A stretch of DNA of 64,000 nt from positions 8,972 to 72,971 of the forward strand of contig CAZREG010000008.1 of NCBI GenBank assembly GCA_964599075.1, in the 5' to 3' direction. Position 1 is the stretch's first letter. Each line of letters starts with the position of its first letter. Source of the DNA: an uncultured Spirochaetaceae bacterium (GTDB taxonomy: Bacteria > Spirochaetota > Spirochaetia > DSM-27196 > SLST01). The position numbers and the translations under genes are program-made. Under the pieces are notes generated by a model. The model was not told the origin of the DNA. It worked only from the letters and a program-made list of their open reading frames with translations, and made no database searches. This document shows positions 27,820 through 37,043 of the stretch, piece by piece.

Positions 27820-28942
27820 CGGAAATCGGCAGATGATCTGAGACTCCGCGCCCGGTTCTCGGATCGTAACGCAGCGGCACCCCGTGCTCGTCAGTCAACC
27901 GTGGGCGCGTCTGTGCCTGAAGTCCGGCGAACCAGTGATCGGTATCGCCGGCGGCGGCCGGAAGGTAGAGAAACGCCTGGTCTAGTCGCTGCCAGAGTCC
28001 ACGGTAAACGTAGGAGCCGGGCCCCGAATCATCAGCCCAGAGCCAGATGAACCGTTCCCGGGGCCAGGGACGCGCAGTCACCGGTAGAGAGAGAATCCCG
28101 GACATCTGGTTATCAACGCTCACAGAGGATACGGACGCAGGAAGCTGGGACCCACCGGCGCCGTCTACCTCCAGCGCGGAGAACCGTGAGCCATCGGCTT
28201 CCAGGAGAGGATCCTCGTTCAGGTCGCCAATCAGCAGTGCCGGGATCTCCGCCCGCCTGATCACCGAGCGAGCCAGCCGCGCCTCAAGGATGCGATAGGC
28301 AGCCGTCTGCTCCGCGCCTCCTCGCTGGCTCTTCCAGTGCGCAGCGTAGACAAGAAACGGCTCTTTCCCTGCCGGGCCGCGGGGGAGCCTGACTGCAACC
28401 GCATCCCGCGAACGCCAGAGGAGCGGGTTCCGGTCGCCGCCTGCAATTACCTCAGTGGCCGCGTGAATATGCGTCTGTATGGACGGGACTCTGCTTGCGA
28501 CGACTACCTGCGTACCGAACTGCGGCGGAAGCCCGGCGGCGATATGCCACTCGCCGCCGATCAGAGTCCCGGTAAGCTCAGCCACCACCCCCGGGTGCTC
28601 CACCTCAATTAACACAAGGAGCTGCGCCTGACGCACCTCCAGTTCGCGAAGGACGGTCGAAATGACATCCAGCCGAGACCAGTACGCGTACCCGTCGTAG
28701 CCGGACTGCGGAGTAAAGGACGGAAACTCCCCGCCGGCCACCTCGTCATCAAACAGATTCTGGACGTTGTAGCTCAGTGCCCGCCACACCGGTGTTCGCC
28801 CGGCGGCAGTAGCCAGAACGCCTACTGCTACGATACAGACACCTGCAAGCACGTACGGCCAGAGACGGCGAACCTGAGGGTGTGGTTGTGGAAAGAGGCT
28901 GCGCGTGCCGTCGCTCAGCCGATCAGTCGTCTTCTTCTTCAT
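27791..28942 (-). CDS. Endonuclease/exonuclease/phosphatase (EEP) family protein with N-terminal membrane anchor
   Basis: SYNVQNLFD, EVE, HWKSQ, GDLNE, LDQ, SDHLPI. Basic N-terminus followed by a hydrophobic helix. Confidence 0.82.
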   Translation of the reverse strand: MKKKTTDRLSDGTRSLFPQPHPQVRRLWPYVLAGVCIVAVGVLATAAGRTPVWRALSYNVQNLFDDEVAGGEFPSFTPQSGYDGYAYWSRLDVISTVLRELEVRQAQLLVLIEVEHPGVVAELTGTLIGGEWHIAAGLPPQFGTQVVVASRVPSIQTHIHAATEVIAGGDRNPLLWRSRDAVAVRLPRGPAGKEPFLVYAAHWKSQRGGAEQTAAYRILEARLARSVIRRAEIPALLIGDLNEDPLLEADGSRFSALEVDGAGGSQLPASVSSVSVDNQMSGILSLPVTARPWPRERFIWLWADDSGPGSYVYRGLWQRLDQAFLYLPAAAGDTDHWFAGLQAQTRPRLTDEHGVPLRYDPRTGRGVSDHLPISVTLARRPIR

Positions 28943-29894
28943 CCTGTCGCTCCTCTACAAACGACAAGATTTTTTTCTTCTCTGCTTCGCAATCAGTGCT
29001 CATTGCCTTGAATTCTGAGCCGGTAATCCGCTCGAACGCCTGCTGGTAGCGCCGGGAGACCTCGTGAAGGACGGAGGCCGGGATCTGCGGCGGATGCCCC
29101 TCGCCGCTCCAGCCCTGCTCCATCAGCCAGCGTCGCAGATACTCTTTGTCAAGCTGATGCGGATACTCCCCACGCTGAAACCGCTGTTCGTAGCTGTCGG
29201 CGAACCAGTAGCGTGAAGAGTCCGGCGTGTGCACCTCATCAATGAGATAGAGCTCATCGTCGCGCAGTCCAAACTCGTACTTGGTATCCACAAGAATCAG
29301 ACCCTGTCTGCGGGCAAGCTCGGAGCCCCGCGCAAAGAGCCGCAGCGCCGTCTGCTCTACCTGCTCCCAGAGGTCCGGGTCAATGACCCCTGCGGCGAGG
29401 ATCTCGTCCCGACTGCAGGGTCGATCGTGCAGACCGTCACTCTCCTTGGTGGAGGGGGTCAGAAGCGGTTCGTTAAACTGCTGATTCTCACGCATTCCAT
29501 CAGCAAGCGAGATTCCTGAGACCGGACGTCCGGCCCGGTAGTCACGCCACGCACTGCCGGTCAGGTATCCCCGGACAACCACCTCAACCGGTATGACGTG
29601 GCAGGCGGCGGCCAGAACGGCCCGGGGACTGATCGTTGCCAGCAGATGATTCTGGATGATGTCGGACGTCTTTCCGAACCAGTAGACAGTCAGACGGTTG
29701 AGGACTTCGCCCTTAAACGGCACTGCACCAAGGATACGGTCAAAGGCCGATATCCGGTCGGAGGTGGAGATGACCAGCTCATCGTCCCCTACGTAGAAAA
29801 TGTCGCGAACCTTTCCCTCACTGAAGGTGGTCGCGGTTGGAATCTCCGCGTCACGGAATCCAGGAAACGGCGCTGCTTCGGCGGGATCGATCAT
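28923..29894 (-). CDS. purC: SAICAR synthetase
   Basis: GKVRDIF, SDRISAFD, PVEVVVRGYLTGS, LTPSTK, LVDTKYEFG, IDEVHTPDSSRYW, LDKEYLR. Confidence 0.96.
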   Translation of the reverse strand: MIDPAEAAPFPGFRDAEIPTATTFSEGKVRDIFYVGDDELVISTSDRISAFDRILGAVPFKGEVLNRLTVYWFGKTSDIIQNHLLATISPRAVLAAACHVIPVEVVVRGYLTGSAWRDYRAGRPVSGISLADGMRENQQFNEPLLTPSTKESDGLHDRPCSRDEILAAGVIDPDLWEQVEQTALRLFARGSELARRQGLILVDTKYEFGLRDDELYLIDEVHTPDSSRYWFADSYEQRFQRGEYPHQLDKEYLRRWLMEQGWSGEGHPPQIPASVLHEVSRRYQQAFERITGSEFKAMSTDCEAEKKKILSFVEERQDEEEDD

Positions 29895-30512
29895 CTATTG
29901 CAGTTCAGACCTGTTGGTAACGATACGCGAGATAAGCCCGTACTGGCTTGCCTCTTCGGCATTCATCCAGAAGTCGCGGTCGGTGTCACGCTCGACTTTC
30001 TCCATCTCCTGCCCGGTCTCTTCGGAGATCAGCTTGTTGATTCTGATGCGCATTCGCTCGATCTCACGAGCATGAATCTCTATATCGGTTGCGACACCTC
30101 TGATCCCTGAGAGCGGCTGATGAATCAGATAGTGACTGTTGGGCAGTCCCAGGCGCAGCTCCTTTGGTGAACTGAGCAGGATGAGTGCCCCGGCACTGGC
30201 CACGAGACCCATACCAATCGTGTAGACGTTCGGCTTGACAAAGCGAATCATATCAAGGACTGCATAGCCGGCGTCAGCATCACCACCGGGAGAGTCAATG
30301 AAGAGCCGAATAGGCTCGTCCCCGCTGTCCTCAAGAAGCAGCAGTTGCCGTACAACCCGCTCGGCGAGCTCCTTGTTGATCTGACCGGAGAGCAAGACAT
30401 TCCGGGTACGCAGCATCTTCTCCATCAGCGGCGGCTGCTGATTGCTGCTCTCCTCCTCTTGCTCCTCCTGCTCATCGTCCTCATCAAGTCTCCAGTCGTA
30501 TCGTTGCGCCAT
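29895..30512 (-). CDS. clpP: ATP-dependent Clp protease proteolytic subunit
   Basis: IDSPGG, GLVASAG (catalytic Ser), IHQP (His), DTDRDFWMNAEEA..YGLI. SD GAGGA before ATG 30512; alternative ATG at 30539. Confidence 0.93.
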   Translation of the reverse strand: MAQRYDWRLDEDDEQEEQEEESSNQQPPLMEKMLRTRNVLLSGQINKELAERVVRQLLLLEDSGDEPIRLFIDSPGGDADAGYAVLDMIRFVKPNVYTIGMGLVASAGALILLSSPKELRLGLPNSHYLIHQPLSGIRGVATDIEIHAREIERMRIRINKLISEETGQEMEKVERDTDRDFWMNAEEASQYGLISRIVTNRSELQ

Positions 30513-30561
30513 TTGGTTCCTCTTCTGGTCGTTATCCATATGTGAAGGGTAATATACTAGC

Positions 30562-31476
30562 ATGAGTGAGCCGGTATCAAAGGGGCACAGGGCGGCCTTC
30601 GTAGCAATCGTCGGGCGTCCGTCGGTCGGCAAATCGACCCTGCTGAATGCCCTCTGTGGCCACAAGGTGGCCATTGTCTCAGACATACCACAGACTACCC
30701 GGAACAGGGTGCGAGGCATTGTCACCCGACCGGAGGGTCAGCTCGTGTTCATAGACACACCGGGATTCCACCGTTCAAAGAGACCCTTCAACCGGCACAT
30801 GCGCGGGCTCATCCAGGAGACAATCCGTGAGAGCGAGATCGTGCTCTACGTTGCAGATGCTGCTCGCCATCCCGGACCGGAAGAGGAACAGCTTCTACGC
30901 CTGGTCGCCTCGGTGGGAGAGATCCCTCAGGTCGTCGCGCTGAACAAGATTGATCTGAATGCTACCCGTGCCGCTACCGAAGTCGACGAGCTCGCGCGGG
31001 AGTATCTCCCAAATGCACCGATCGTCCCCGTCTCAGCCAAAGGGCACGGCGGACTCGACCTGCTCCTTGATACCCTGTTCAAGCTGGCTCCGCAGAGTGA
31101 GCCCCTCTACCCGCAGGAGTACTACACCGACCAGCCTCCGGAGTTCCGTGTAGCAGAGCTCATCAGGGAGCGGGCGATGGCCGGACTCAAGGAGGAACTC
31201 CCGCACTCTCTCTACGTGGATGTAGCGGATATGGAGATCAGCGAAGAGGAGCACGGGTCTGAAACACTCGCCATCCGCGCGTTTATACTCGTGGAGCGCG
31301 AGAGCCAGAAGGGCATTCTTGTAGGCAAGGGAGGAAGCAGAATCAAGACCATACGGCAGACCGCGGAACGCGAGATAGCCACGCTCTTCCCCTACCGCAT
31401 CACCCTTGATGTGCGTGTTAAGGTGGATTCAAACTGGCGGCAGAATGAGCAGGTACTGCGCCGACTCGTACACTGA
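30562..31476 (+). CDS. era: GTPase Era
   Basis: GRPSVGKST, QTTRN, DTPG, NKID, KH-domain EELPHS...SQKGILVGKGG.RIK. Confidence 0.96.
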   Translation: MSEPVSKGHRAAFVAIVGRPSVGKSTLLNALCGHKVAIVSDIPQTTRNRVRGIVTRPEGQLVFIDTPGFHRSKRPFNRHMRGLIQETIRESEIVLYVADAARHPGPEEEQLLRLVASVGEIPQVVALNKIDLNATRAATEVDELAREYLPNAPIVPVSAKGHGGLDLLLDTLFKLAPQSEPLYPQEYYTDQPPEFRVAELIRERAMAGLKEELPHSLYVDVADMEISEEEHGSETLAIRAFILVERESQKGILVGKGGSRIKTIRQTAEREIATLFPYRITLDVRVKVDSNWRQNEQVLRRLVH

Positions 31477-31520
31477 CTGAGGTTCACGATCGATTTTCTG
31501 ACCATTGACCGCAGCGTCGG

Positions 31521-32231
31521 TCAGCGGTTTCCCAGGTACGCTTCGACCGTTCCGTCGGGTCGACCTATGAGCACGTCCGGGCGGGTACGGGAGAAAACTC
31601 CGTTCCCAAGGACACCGGGAATTGCACTCAGGTCCCGCTCCATCTCCGATGGGACAAATGGGTCGGTGAAGTAGACATCCACGACAATGTTCCCATTGTC
31701 GGTAATCACCGCTCCCATCTTTCGCTCAGCCTCGCGGACCTCGGGTCTCCCACCGAGACGCTCGAGAGCCCTCAGTACCGGCACCCGGGCCTGTGGCAGG
31801 ACCTCAAGAGGAACGGGGAACCGTATCCCGAGGTTCTCAACCAGCTTCCCGGAGTCAGCAACTATCACCACCCTACCAGACGCGTACGCCACGATCTTCT
31901 CTACCAGAAGCGCGGCTCCTCCGCCCTTCACCAGGTTGAGCTGCGGATCTATCTCGTCGGCCCCGTCAAAGGTGAGATCGAGCGAGCCGGCTATCTCAGG
32001 GTCATTCATGGTTCTCAGCGGGATACCCAGGCTCTGGCACTCGAGCTCACTCTGGCTGCTCGTGGGAACACCAACTATACCGGTAAGCTCACCGGTCTGA
32101 AGAAGCTCGCCGATGCGACGTATCGCCCAGACTGCCGTTGAGCCGGTCCCCATCCCGATTTTCATGCCGCTTTTTACGTACCGATCGACTGCCGCGCGTC
32201 CTACGGCTCTCTTTGCATCCGTTCGATTCAT
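31521..32231 (-). CDS. rpiA: Ribose-5-phosphate isomerase A
   Basis: GMGTGSTA, DGADEID, KGGGAALL.EKIVA, TDNGN. Confidence 0.96.
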   Translation of the reverse strand: MNRTDAKRAVGRAAVDRYVKSGMKIGMGTGSTAVWAIRRIGELLQTGELTGIVGVPTSSQSELECQSLGIPLRTMNDPEIAGSLDLTFDGADEIDPQLNLVKGGGAALLVEKIVAYASGRVVIVADSGKLVENLGIRFPVPLEVLPQARVPVLRALERLGGRPEVREAERKMGAVITDNGNIVVDVYFTDPFVPSEMERDLSAIPGVLGNGVFSRTRPDVLIGRPDGTVEAYLGNR

Positions 32232-32236
32232 GGCGG

Positions 32237-33904
32237 CTACAACTGCTCGCGGTAAGGCTTGAGGATGGTCAACAGCCGCTCCCGGCCAATGGTGAAAAGG
32301 AATCCGCCAAGACGCGGCCCGCGCTCTTTACCAATCAGCACCTGGTACATGGCGGCAAAGAACTCCTTCTTCTCTGCTCCGGCAGCTTCTGCCAGCTCGT
32401 AGATTCTATTCTGGAGGCTCTTCTCGTCGTGCTCATCCAGATGATCGTGAACCTCATCGTAGAGAAGCTGCAGGGCTCGCGCCTGCTCCGGCGTGACGTC
32501 AACCGGAGGCTCGGTTCCCTGTTTCAGCTCAAAGCGAAAGTCATCCGGAGCGAAGTTGGTGATCCAGTTCCACGCACACTGGGCGCGGCGAACCAACCGC
32601 TCCTTCTCTCCGGCGTACGCCTGCTCGGAGTACTCCGGAAACCGGGCAAGTGCCGCCTCAATGTCTCCGGCAGTGATCATAAGGAAGTTGCACACGGTCC
32701 GAAACGGAAACTGAAGCGGGGCGTGATCACTGCGGTCCGTGCCTGCGCCCAACTGAGTAAGGACGGCCGCTCGCTCGGGGAGCTGACTCAGCAGGTAGGT
32801 TCGCACTTCCTTTTCCAACTTTTTTTCGTTCATCTTCTCAAGGCCAAAGAAGGCTCGCTCACATCGGTCGTAGTCCTCGTAGATCTTGATGACATCAAGG
32901 TCAAAGCTGATCGCGAACTCCGCGTTCGGCCGAGTGCCGGCGAAGAGATAGCGGACCACCTCAGGCTCATAGACTTCCAGAACGTCAGAGAGCGCGACGA
33001 CCTCGCCATGGGAGCTCGAGATCTTGCCCCCACGGCCTTTGATGCTGATGAAGTCGTACTTGAACGTGACCGGCGGTGGATAGTCGTATACCCGCTCACT
33101 GATCAGGCGTGCGGTGTCAAAACTGCCGCCCGCTGAGTGGTGCTCCTTTCCAGCCGGTTCAAAGTCTACCTGTTCATGGCGCCAGCGCATTGGCCAGTCA
33201 GTGCGCCAGAGCAGCTTGGCCCCGGTTGCAGTTCGCAGATCAATCGTCTCTTCCCGGCCGCTCTCCCCGCACCGATAGGTGACCCCCCATTCGCCGTCCC
33301 AGGAGAGAATCGTGGTGGTGTCCTTGTGAGAAAAGCTGCTGAAGATCGTGACCGGCCACCAATCCTCCGGCAGCGGTGAGGTTCGGTGCTCGTTGAGAAT
33401 GTCCCGGATAGTCTCCCGTCCAGCAAGCGCCGCCCGCATGCCTTCTGCGTAGGTCCCGGATCGGTATTCCCGGGTCTGATAGAGATACTCCGGCGTCACT
33501 CCCACAAGCGGCAGGACAGCCTCCAGCACCTTCTCGTTGTGAGCAGCGTAACTCTCCTCAGCCTCGTACGGGTCGGGCACATCGGTTATAGGCCAGCGCA
33601 GATGCTCCTTGAGCATCTGCTGCTTGGGCATCGCCGGCGGAACCTTTCTGAACACATCAAAGTCGTCCCAGGAGTAGATGAATCTCACTCTTTCACCGGC
33701 ATCACGAAGGGCTCGAACCACCAGGTCCACCGAGATGATCTCCCGAAAGTTCCCAATGTGAATGACGCCGCTCGGTGTTATTCCGGAGGCGCAGGTAAAG
33801 TGCTCCTTCTGGGCACCAAGCGGCCCGCGCTCAGCAATAATTCGCGCTGCGATCTGATCGGCCCAATGGACCGGCGGTCTTCCTTTCTCCTGTTCGCTGG
33901 CCAT
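32237..33904 (-). CDS. lysS: Class I lysyl-tRNA synthetase
   Basis: HWAD, SGITPSG..HIGNFRE, WRTDWPMRW, EPAGKEH, KISSS, GPRLG. Confidence 0.95.
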   Translation of the reverse strand: MASEQEKGRPPVHWADQIAARIIAERGPLGAQKEHFTCASGITPSGVIHIGNFREIISVDLVVRALRDAGERVRFIYSWDDFDVFRKVPPAMPKQQMLKEHLRWPITDVPDPYEAEESYAAHNEKVLEAVLPLVGVTPEYLYQTREYRSGTYAEGMRAALAGRETIRDILNEHRTSPLPEDWWPVTIFSSFSHKDTTTILSWDGEWGVTYRCGESGREETIDLRTATGAKLLWRTDWPMRWRHEQVDFEPAGKEHHSAGGSFDTARLISERVYDYPPPVTFKYDFISIKGRGGKISSSHGEVVALSDVLEVYEPEVVRYLFAGTRPNAEFAISFDLDVIKIYEDYDRCERAFFGLEKMNEKKLEKEVRTYLLSQLPERAAVLTQLGAGTDRSDHAPLQFPFRTVCNFLMITAGDIEAALARFPEYSEQAYAGEKERLVRRAQCAWNWITNFAPDDFRFELKQGTEPPVDVTPEQARALQLLYDEVHDHLDEHDEKSLQNRIYELAEAAGAEKKEFFAAMYQVLIGKERGPRLGGFLFTIGRERLLTILKPYREQL

Positions 33905-33942
33905 AGACCGTGGAATATACCAAAGCGGCAGTCCGATTGACA

Positions 33943-34527
33943 CTATGAGCCGGCACTCTCCGGGTTGCCGGCAAGACCAATTTCATCTGCAACGCTCCGC
34001 ATGGCAGCAATCGTCTCTGTTATAAGGTCCGCGAGCTCGAGCTCCAGCATGGCGGCACCCTCCTCAATGATGGATCGGTCGACCCCGGCTGCAAAGCTCT
34101 TCTGGTTCCACTTCTTCTTCACGCTCTTTACACTCAGGTCGAGGATGCTCCGGCTCGGCCGCATGAGCGCGGTTGCGGTGATAAGTCCGGTGAGTTCGTC
34201 AGTTGCATAGAGCACCTTCTCCATGGTGTGTTCCGGCTTTACATCCGTCACAATCCCCCACCCGTGGCTTTGGATGGCACGGATGTACTCACCAGGCCAT
34301 CCGGCCCCACGGAGAATCTCCTCGGTCTTCCGGCAGTGCTGCTCAGGATACATCTCCCAGTCCAGATCGTGCACCAGCCCAATGATTCCCCACTTCTCCG
34401 GGTCCTCGCCAAAGCGGACAGCGAAGTGGCGCATTACCGCCTCAACGCTCAGACCATGGCGTATAAGACTCTCACTCTTTGTGTACTGGGTCAGAAGCTC
34501 AATCGCCTGCTCTCTTGTCGGGTTCAT
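33943..34527 (-). CDS. HD/HDIG domain protein
   Basis: SLIRHGLSVEAVM, GLVHDLDWE, AIQSH, DELTGLI, KSFAAGV.R. Confidence 0.88.
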   Translation of the reverse strand: MNPTREQAIELLTQYTKSESLIRHGLSVEAVMRHFAVRFGEDPEKWGIIGLVHDLDWEMYPEQHCRKTEEILRGAGWPGEYIRAIQSHGWGIVTDVKPEHTMEKVLYATDELTGLITATALMRPSRSILDLSVKSVKKKWNQKSFAAGVDRSIIEEGAAMLELELADLITETIAAMRSVADEIGLAGNPESAGS

Positions 34528-34582
34528 GAGCCTGAAAGTAATCAATGCTCCACACCGCGTCACCGCCGGCCGATAACAAAGT

Positions 34583-35224
34583 ATGAGACTCCCGACTCCT
34601 GGACCGGCAGGTGCACTCTCACGACGGTCTGTTCTCGCTCTGCTCCTGTTTGGGCTGGCGCTGCCTGCCCTCGCTGAGGCTCAACAGGAAGCCGCACAGG
34701 ATGAGGCACACGAACTCTCCGGTTACGCGAGCTGGTACGGCGGCAAGTTTCAAGGAAGGCTCACGGCCAACGGGGAGCGGTTTGACACCAATGAGCTCAC
34801 CGCAGCCCACAAGACACTGCCATTTGACACCACTGTTGAGGTCCGCCACCTGGGTAACGGTCGCACCGTGACCGTCCGGATAAACGACCGCGGCCCGTTC
34901 GTCGCTGGACGTGTCATCGATCTCTCCCGGGCTGCTGCGGACGCGCTGCGGATGACTGCTGAAGGCATTGCCGCGGTGGAGATCACCGTCCTTTCGACTC
35001 CGGACCTCAGGTTTACTCTCCAGATCGGAAGCTTTGGACTTCCGGAGAATGCAGAGAGAATGGTCAACCGGCTGCGAGCCGCGGGGATCGCTGCAAGCGT
35101 TGAGCCGGCAGGAGCGGTACGTCGGGTTGTGGTGAAAGAGATAATGGAGTCAGAACTGGATGCACTTCACGGGCGTCTTGAGACGCTCGGTATCTCCTCG
35201 CCGCTGGTACGTGAAGAGCGCTGA
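34583..35224 (+). CDS. rlpA: Septal ring lytic transglycosylase RlpA family with SPOR domain
   Basis: ASWYG..FQGRLTANGE, TAAHKTLPF, VRINDRGPF, VIDLS, C-terminal LQIGSF...NA. Confidence 0.93.
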   Translation: MRLPTPGPAGALSRRSVLALLLFGLALPALAEAQQEAAQDEAHELSGYASWYGGKFQGRLTANGERFDTNELTAAHKTLPFDTTVEVRHLGNGRTVTVRINDRGPFVAGRVIDLSRAAADALRMTAEGIAAVEITVLSTPDLRFTLQIGSFGLPENAERMVNRLRAAGIAASVEPAGAVRRVVVKEIMESELDALHGRLETLGISSPLVREER

Positions 35225-35230
35225 CTCAAC

Positions 35231-36967
35231 TCAGCTGGCAACTCCGGCGTCTTTCAGCAGATCAAGAAGCTCGGTGTCCTGGACGCTACCCTGCTCGATC
35301 AGCCGAGCCGCTATCTCCCGGAGCGAGAGGAGCTCGTCGTTGTAACTGATTGTGACATCCAGGCTGGCACCTGAGGCTACCAGATCTTTGATCAGGTCTT
35401 CCTGTGTCTCACCGGTGAAAAGCGCCCAGCGCACGGCGATGGCCAGCGGCGTCAGCTCTTCGCCCTCAAGTACAATTGTCGCGTTTAGCCGGACACCGCT
35501 ACTGATGAGGGTCTGGACAAGAAACCGGACGTCAAAACCGGCAACGCCGGCGAGCACCGCCGCGTGAAGCAACTTGAATGTGGAACCCTCCACCACGAAC
35601 GGTGTTTCCAGGTTCGCCCCAGCTGCCACAATGGTTCTGAGGATGTCTCGGTCGTACGTCAGATCGGGGGCCTGGCCCTGGAGGACCGGCACAATCCCGG
35701 AGGCAAGAACCAGCGCCGGTATGCCGGCGGCGGTGCGAACGTCCACCGAGCCACCCTCCTGGACGTAGGTACGGATGGTACCCAGATCGTCTGCGGCAAT
35801 CGCCTGCAGAAAACTCTCCGCACTTATCGACGGGGGCAGGCGTTCGAGCTGAACGGTCAGCACCTCACTGCGCGCGCGGTCCACCTGTATTCGCCGCTCT
35901 CGGTACCCAGCTTTTGCTACCCGGATGGAGAGGCTCTGGTTGGCACGAAGTACCGCACGATAGACGCTTGAACCAACGAAGGCGCCGTCAATATATATCT
36001 CCGCGTTCTGCGGAAGCGTCCGGAGAGTGAATTTCACCAGCTCGGCTGCTGAGTCACCTTCAAGCAGCGAACGGTTCTGAGGATCCTTGGGCACCGGAAG
36101 CAGCGGCGCCTGGGCGATTGCAGCAAGCTTCCCGGCCGTCTCGGCAGGAACGGGCGAGCCGGAGGCCGCCACAGAGGACAGCACCTCGCGGGTAGCTCTG
36201 ATCGCTTCGCGAAGCTCGGCGACAAGAGAGTCTCCCGCCTCGCGAGTGCGGTCGGAGTTTACGATCAGTTCGGCAAGGGCGGCAGCAAGATCGTTGGCCC
36301 GTTGCAGGGGAACCGGCTCTATCTCGCCGTGCTGCCCGGAGGTAAAAAAAGGAGCCGCACGGTCAAGCTCAGTGAGCTGCTGGTGAAGCGGATCGTCCGC
36401 GGAGAGATACTGCCGCAGCGTCACCAGATCGAGCGGGCGCGGCAGCACCGCCACCTCACCCTCGGCGACGCTGACAGACTCACTCTGCGTGGTATCCACA
36501 TGAAACTCGGTTCCACGAACCGAATAGAGCGCGGAACCGGAGCGAATGGTGAACGAGTCAGAACCCGAGAGCTCGGCAACTCGTGCCGTCACGGCACCCA
36601 CAATGAGCTCAATGCGCATGGCGGGCAGTTCCAGCGGACCAAGCTGTGTGCGGACTATGAACTCTGCAGGGCCATCGACCTTCACCAGCGCGGTTTCAGC
36701 AAACTGGAGATCTATGTGAGACTCAGGTCCCACCGTGATGCGGCTCTGGTCGGTGATTGGACTCCCCGGTTCAAGATCAACAAGCGCCCCGTCCACGAGA
36801 CGAAGAGCCGAACCGGAGATGCTGACGGCGTAGGCTGTGCGAGGCGTGGCAGATGAACCCGTGGCCGCACTGGCGTCCGCTGAGGGTGGTGTAGTCTGCC
36901 CGTCCCCGCATGCCGCCAGCACAAGAGCTGCGAATCCAGCGAGAACGAGATGGGTACGTACATGCAT
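35231..36967 (-). CDS. Lipoprotein with FecR, PEGA and ankyrin-like domains
   Basis: Lipobox LAAC, FecR (SVRGTEF.V...V.EGEV.V), PEGA (PQNAEIYIDG...VAKAGY), ankyrin-like units (GGSVD, AGANLE, TPLAIAV, SGASLD). Confidence 0.72.
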   Translation of the reverse strand: MHVRTHLVLAGFAALVLAACGDGQTTPPSADASAATGSSATPRTAYAVSISGSALRLVDGALVDLEPGSPITDQSRITVGPESHIDLQFAETALVKVDGPAEFIVRTQLGPLELPAMRIELIVGAVTARVAELSGSDSFTIRSGSALYSVRGTEFHVDTTQSESVSVAEGEVAVLPRPLDLVTLRQYLSADDPLHQQLTELDRAAPFFTSGQHGEIEPVPLQRANDLAAALAELIVNSDRTREAGDSLVAELREAIRATREVLSSVAASGSPVPAETAGKLAAIAQAPLLPVPKDPQNRSLLEGDSAAELVKFTLRTLPQNAEIYIDGAFVGSSVYRAVLRANQSLSIRVAKAGYRERRIQVDRARSEVLTVQLERLPPSISAESFLQAIAADDLGTIRTYVQEGGSVDVRTAAGIPALVLASGIVPVLQGQAPDLTYDRDILRTIVAAGANLETPFVVEGSTFKLLHAAVLAGVAGFDVRFLVQTLISSGVRLNATIVLEGEELTPLAIAVRWALFTGETQEDLIKDLVASGASLDVTISYNDELLSLREIAARLIEQGSVQDTELLDLLKDAGVAS

Positions 36968-37043
36968 TCCGCGGTCCCGTCGTCCTGGCTTTAGAGTGTA
37001 TCGCCTCCGCCGTCAAATGCCAACTCTGAAGAATCCAGGCCGG

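Noticed and set aside
32237-33904. Archaeal-type class I LysRS as a novelty
   Set aside because: Established feature of Borrelia/Treponema-related spirochetes. Used only as a taxonomic clue.
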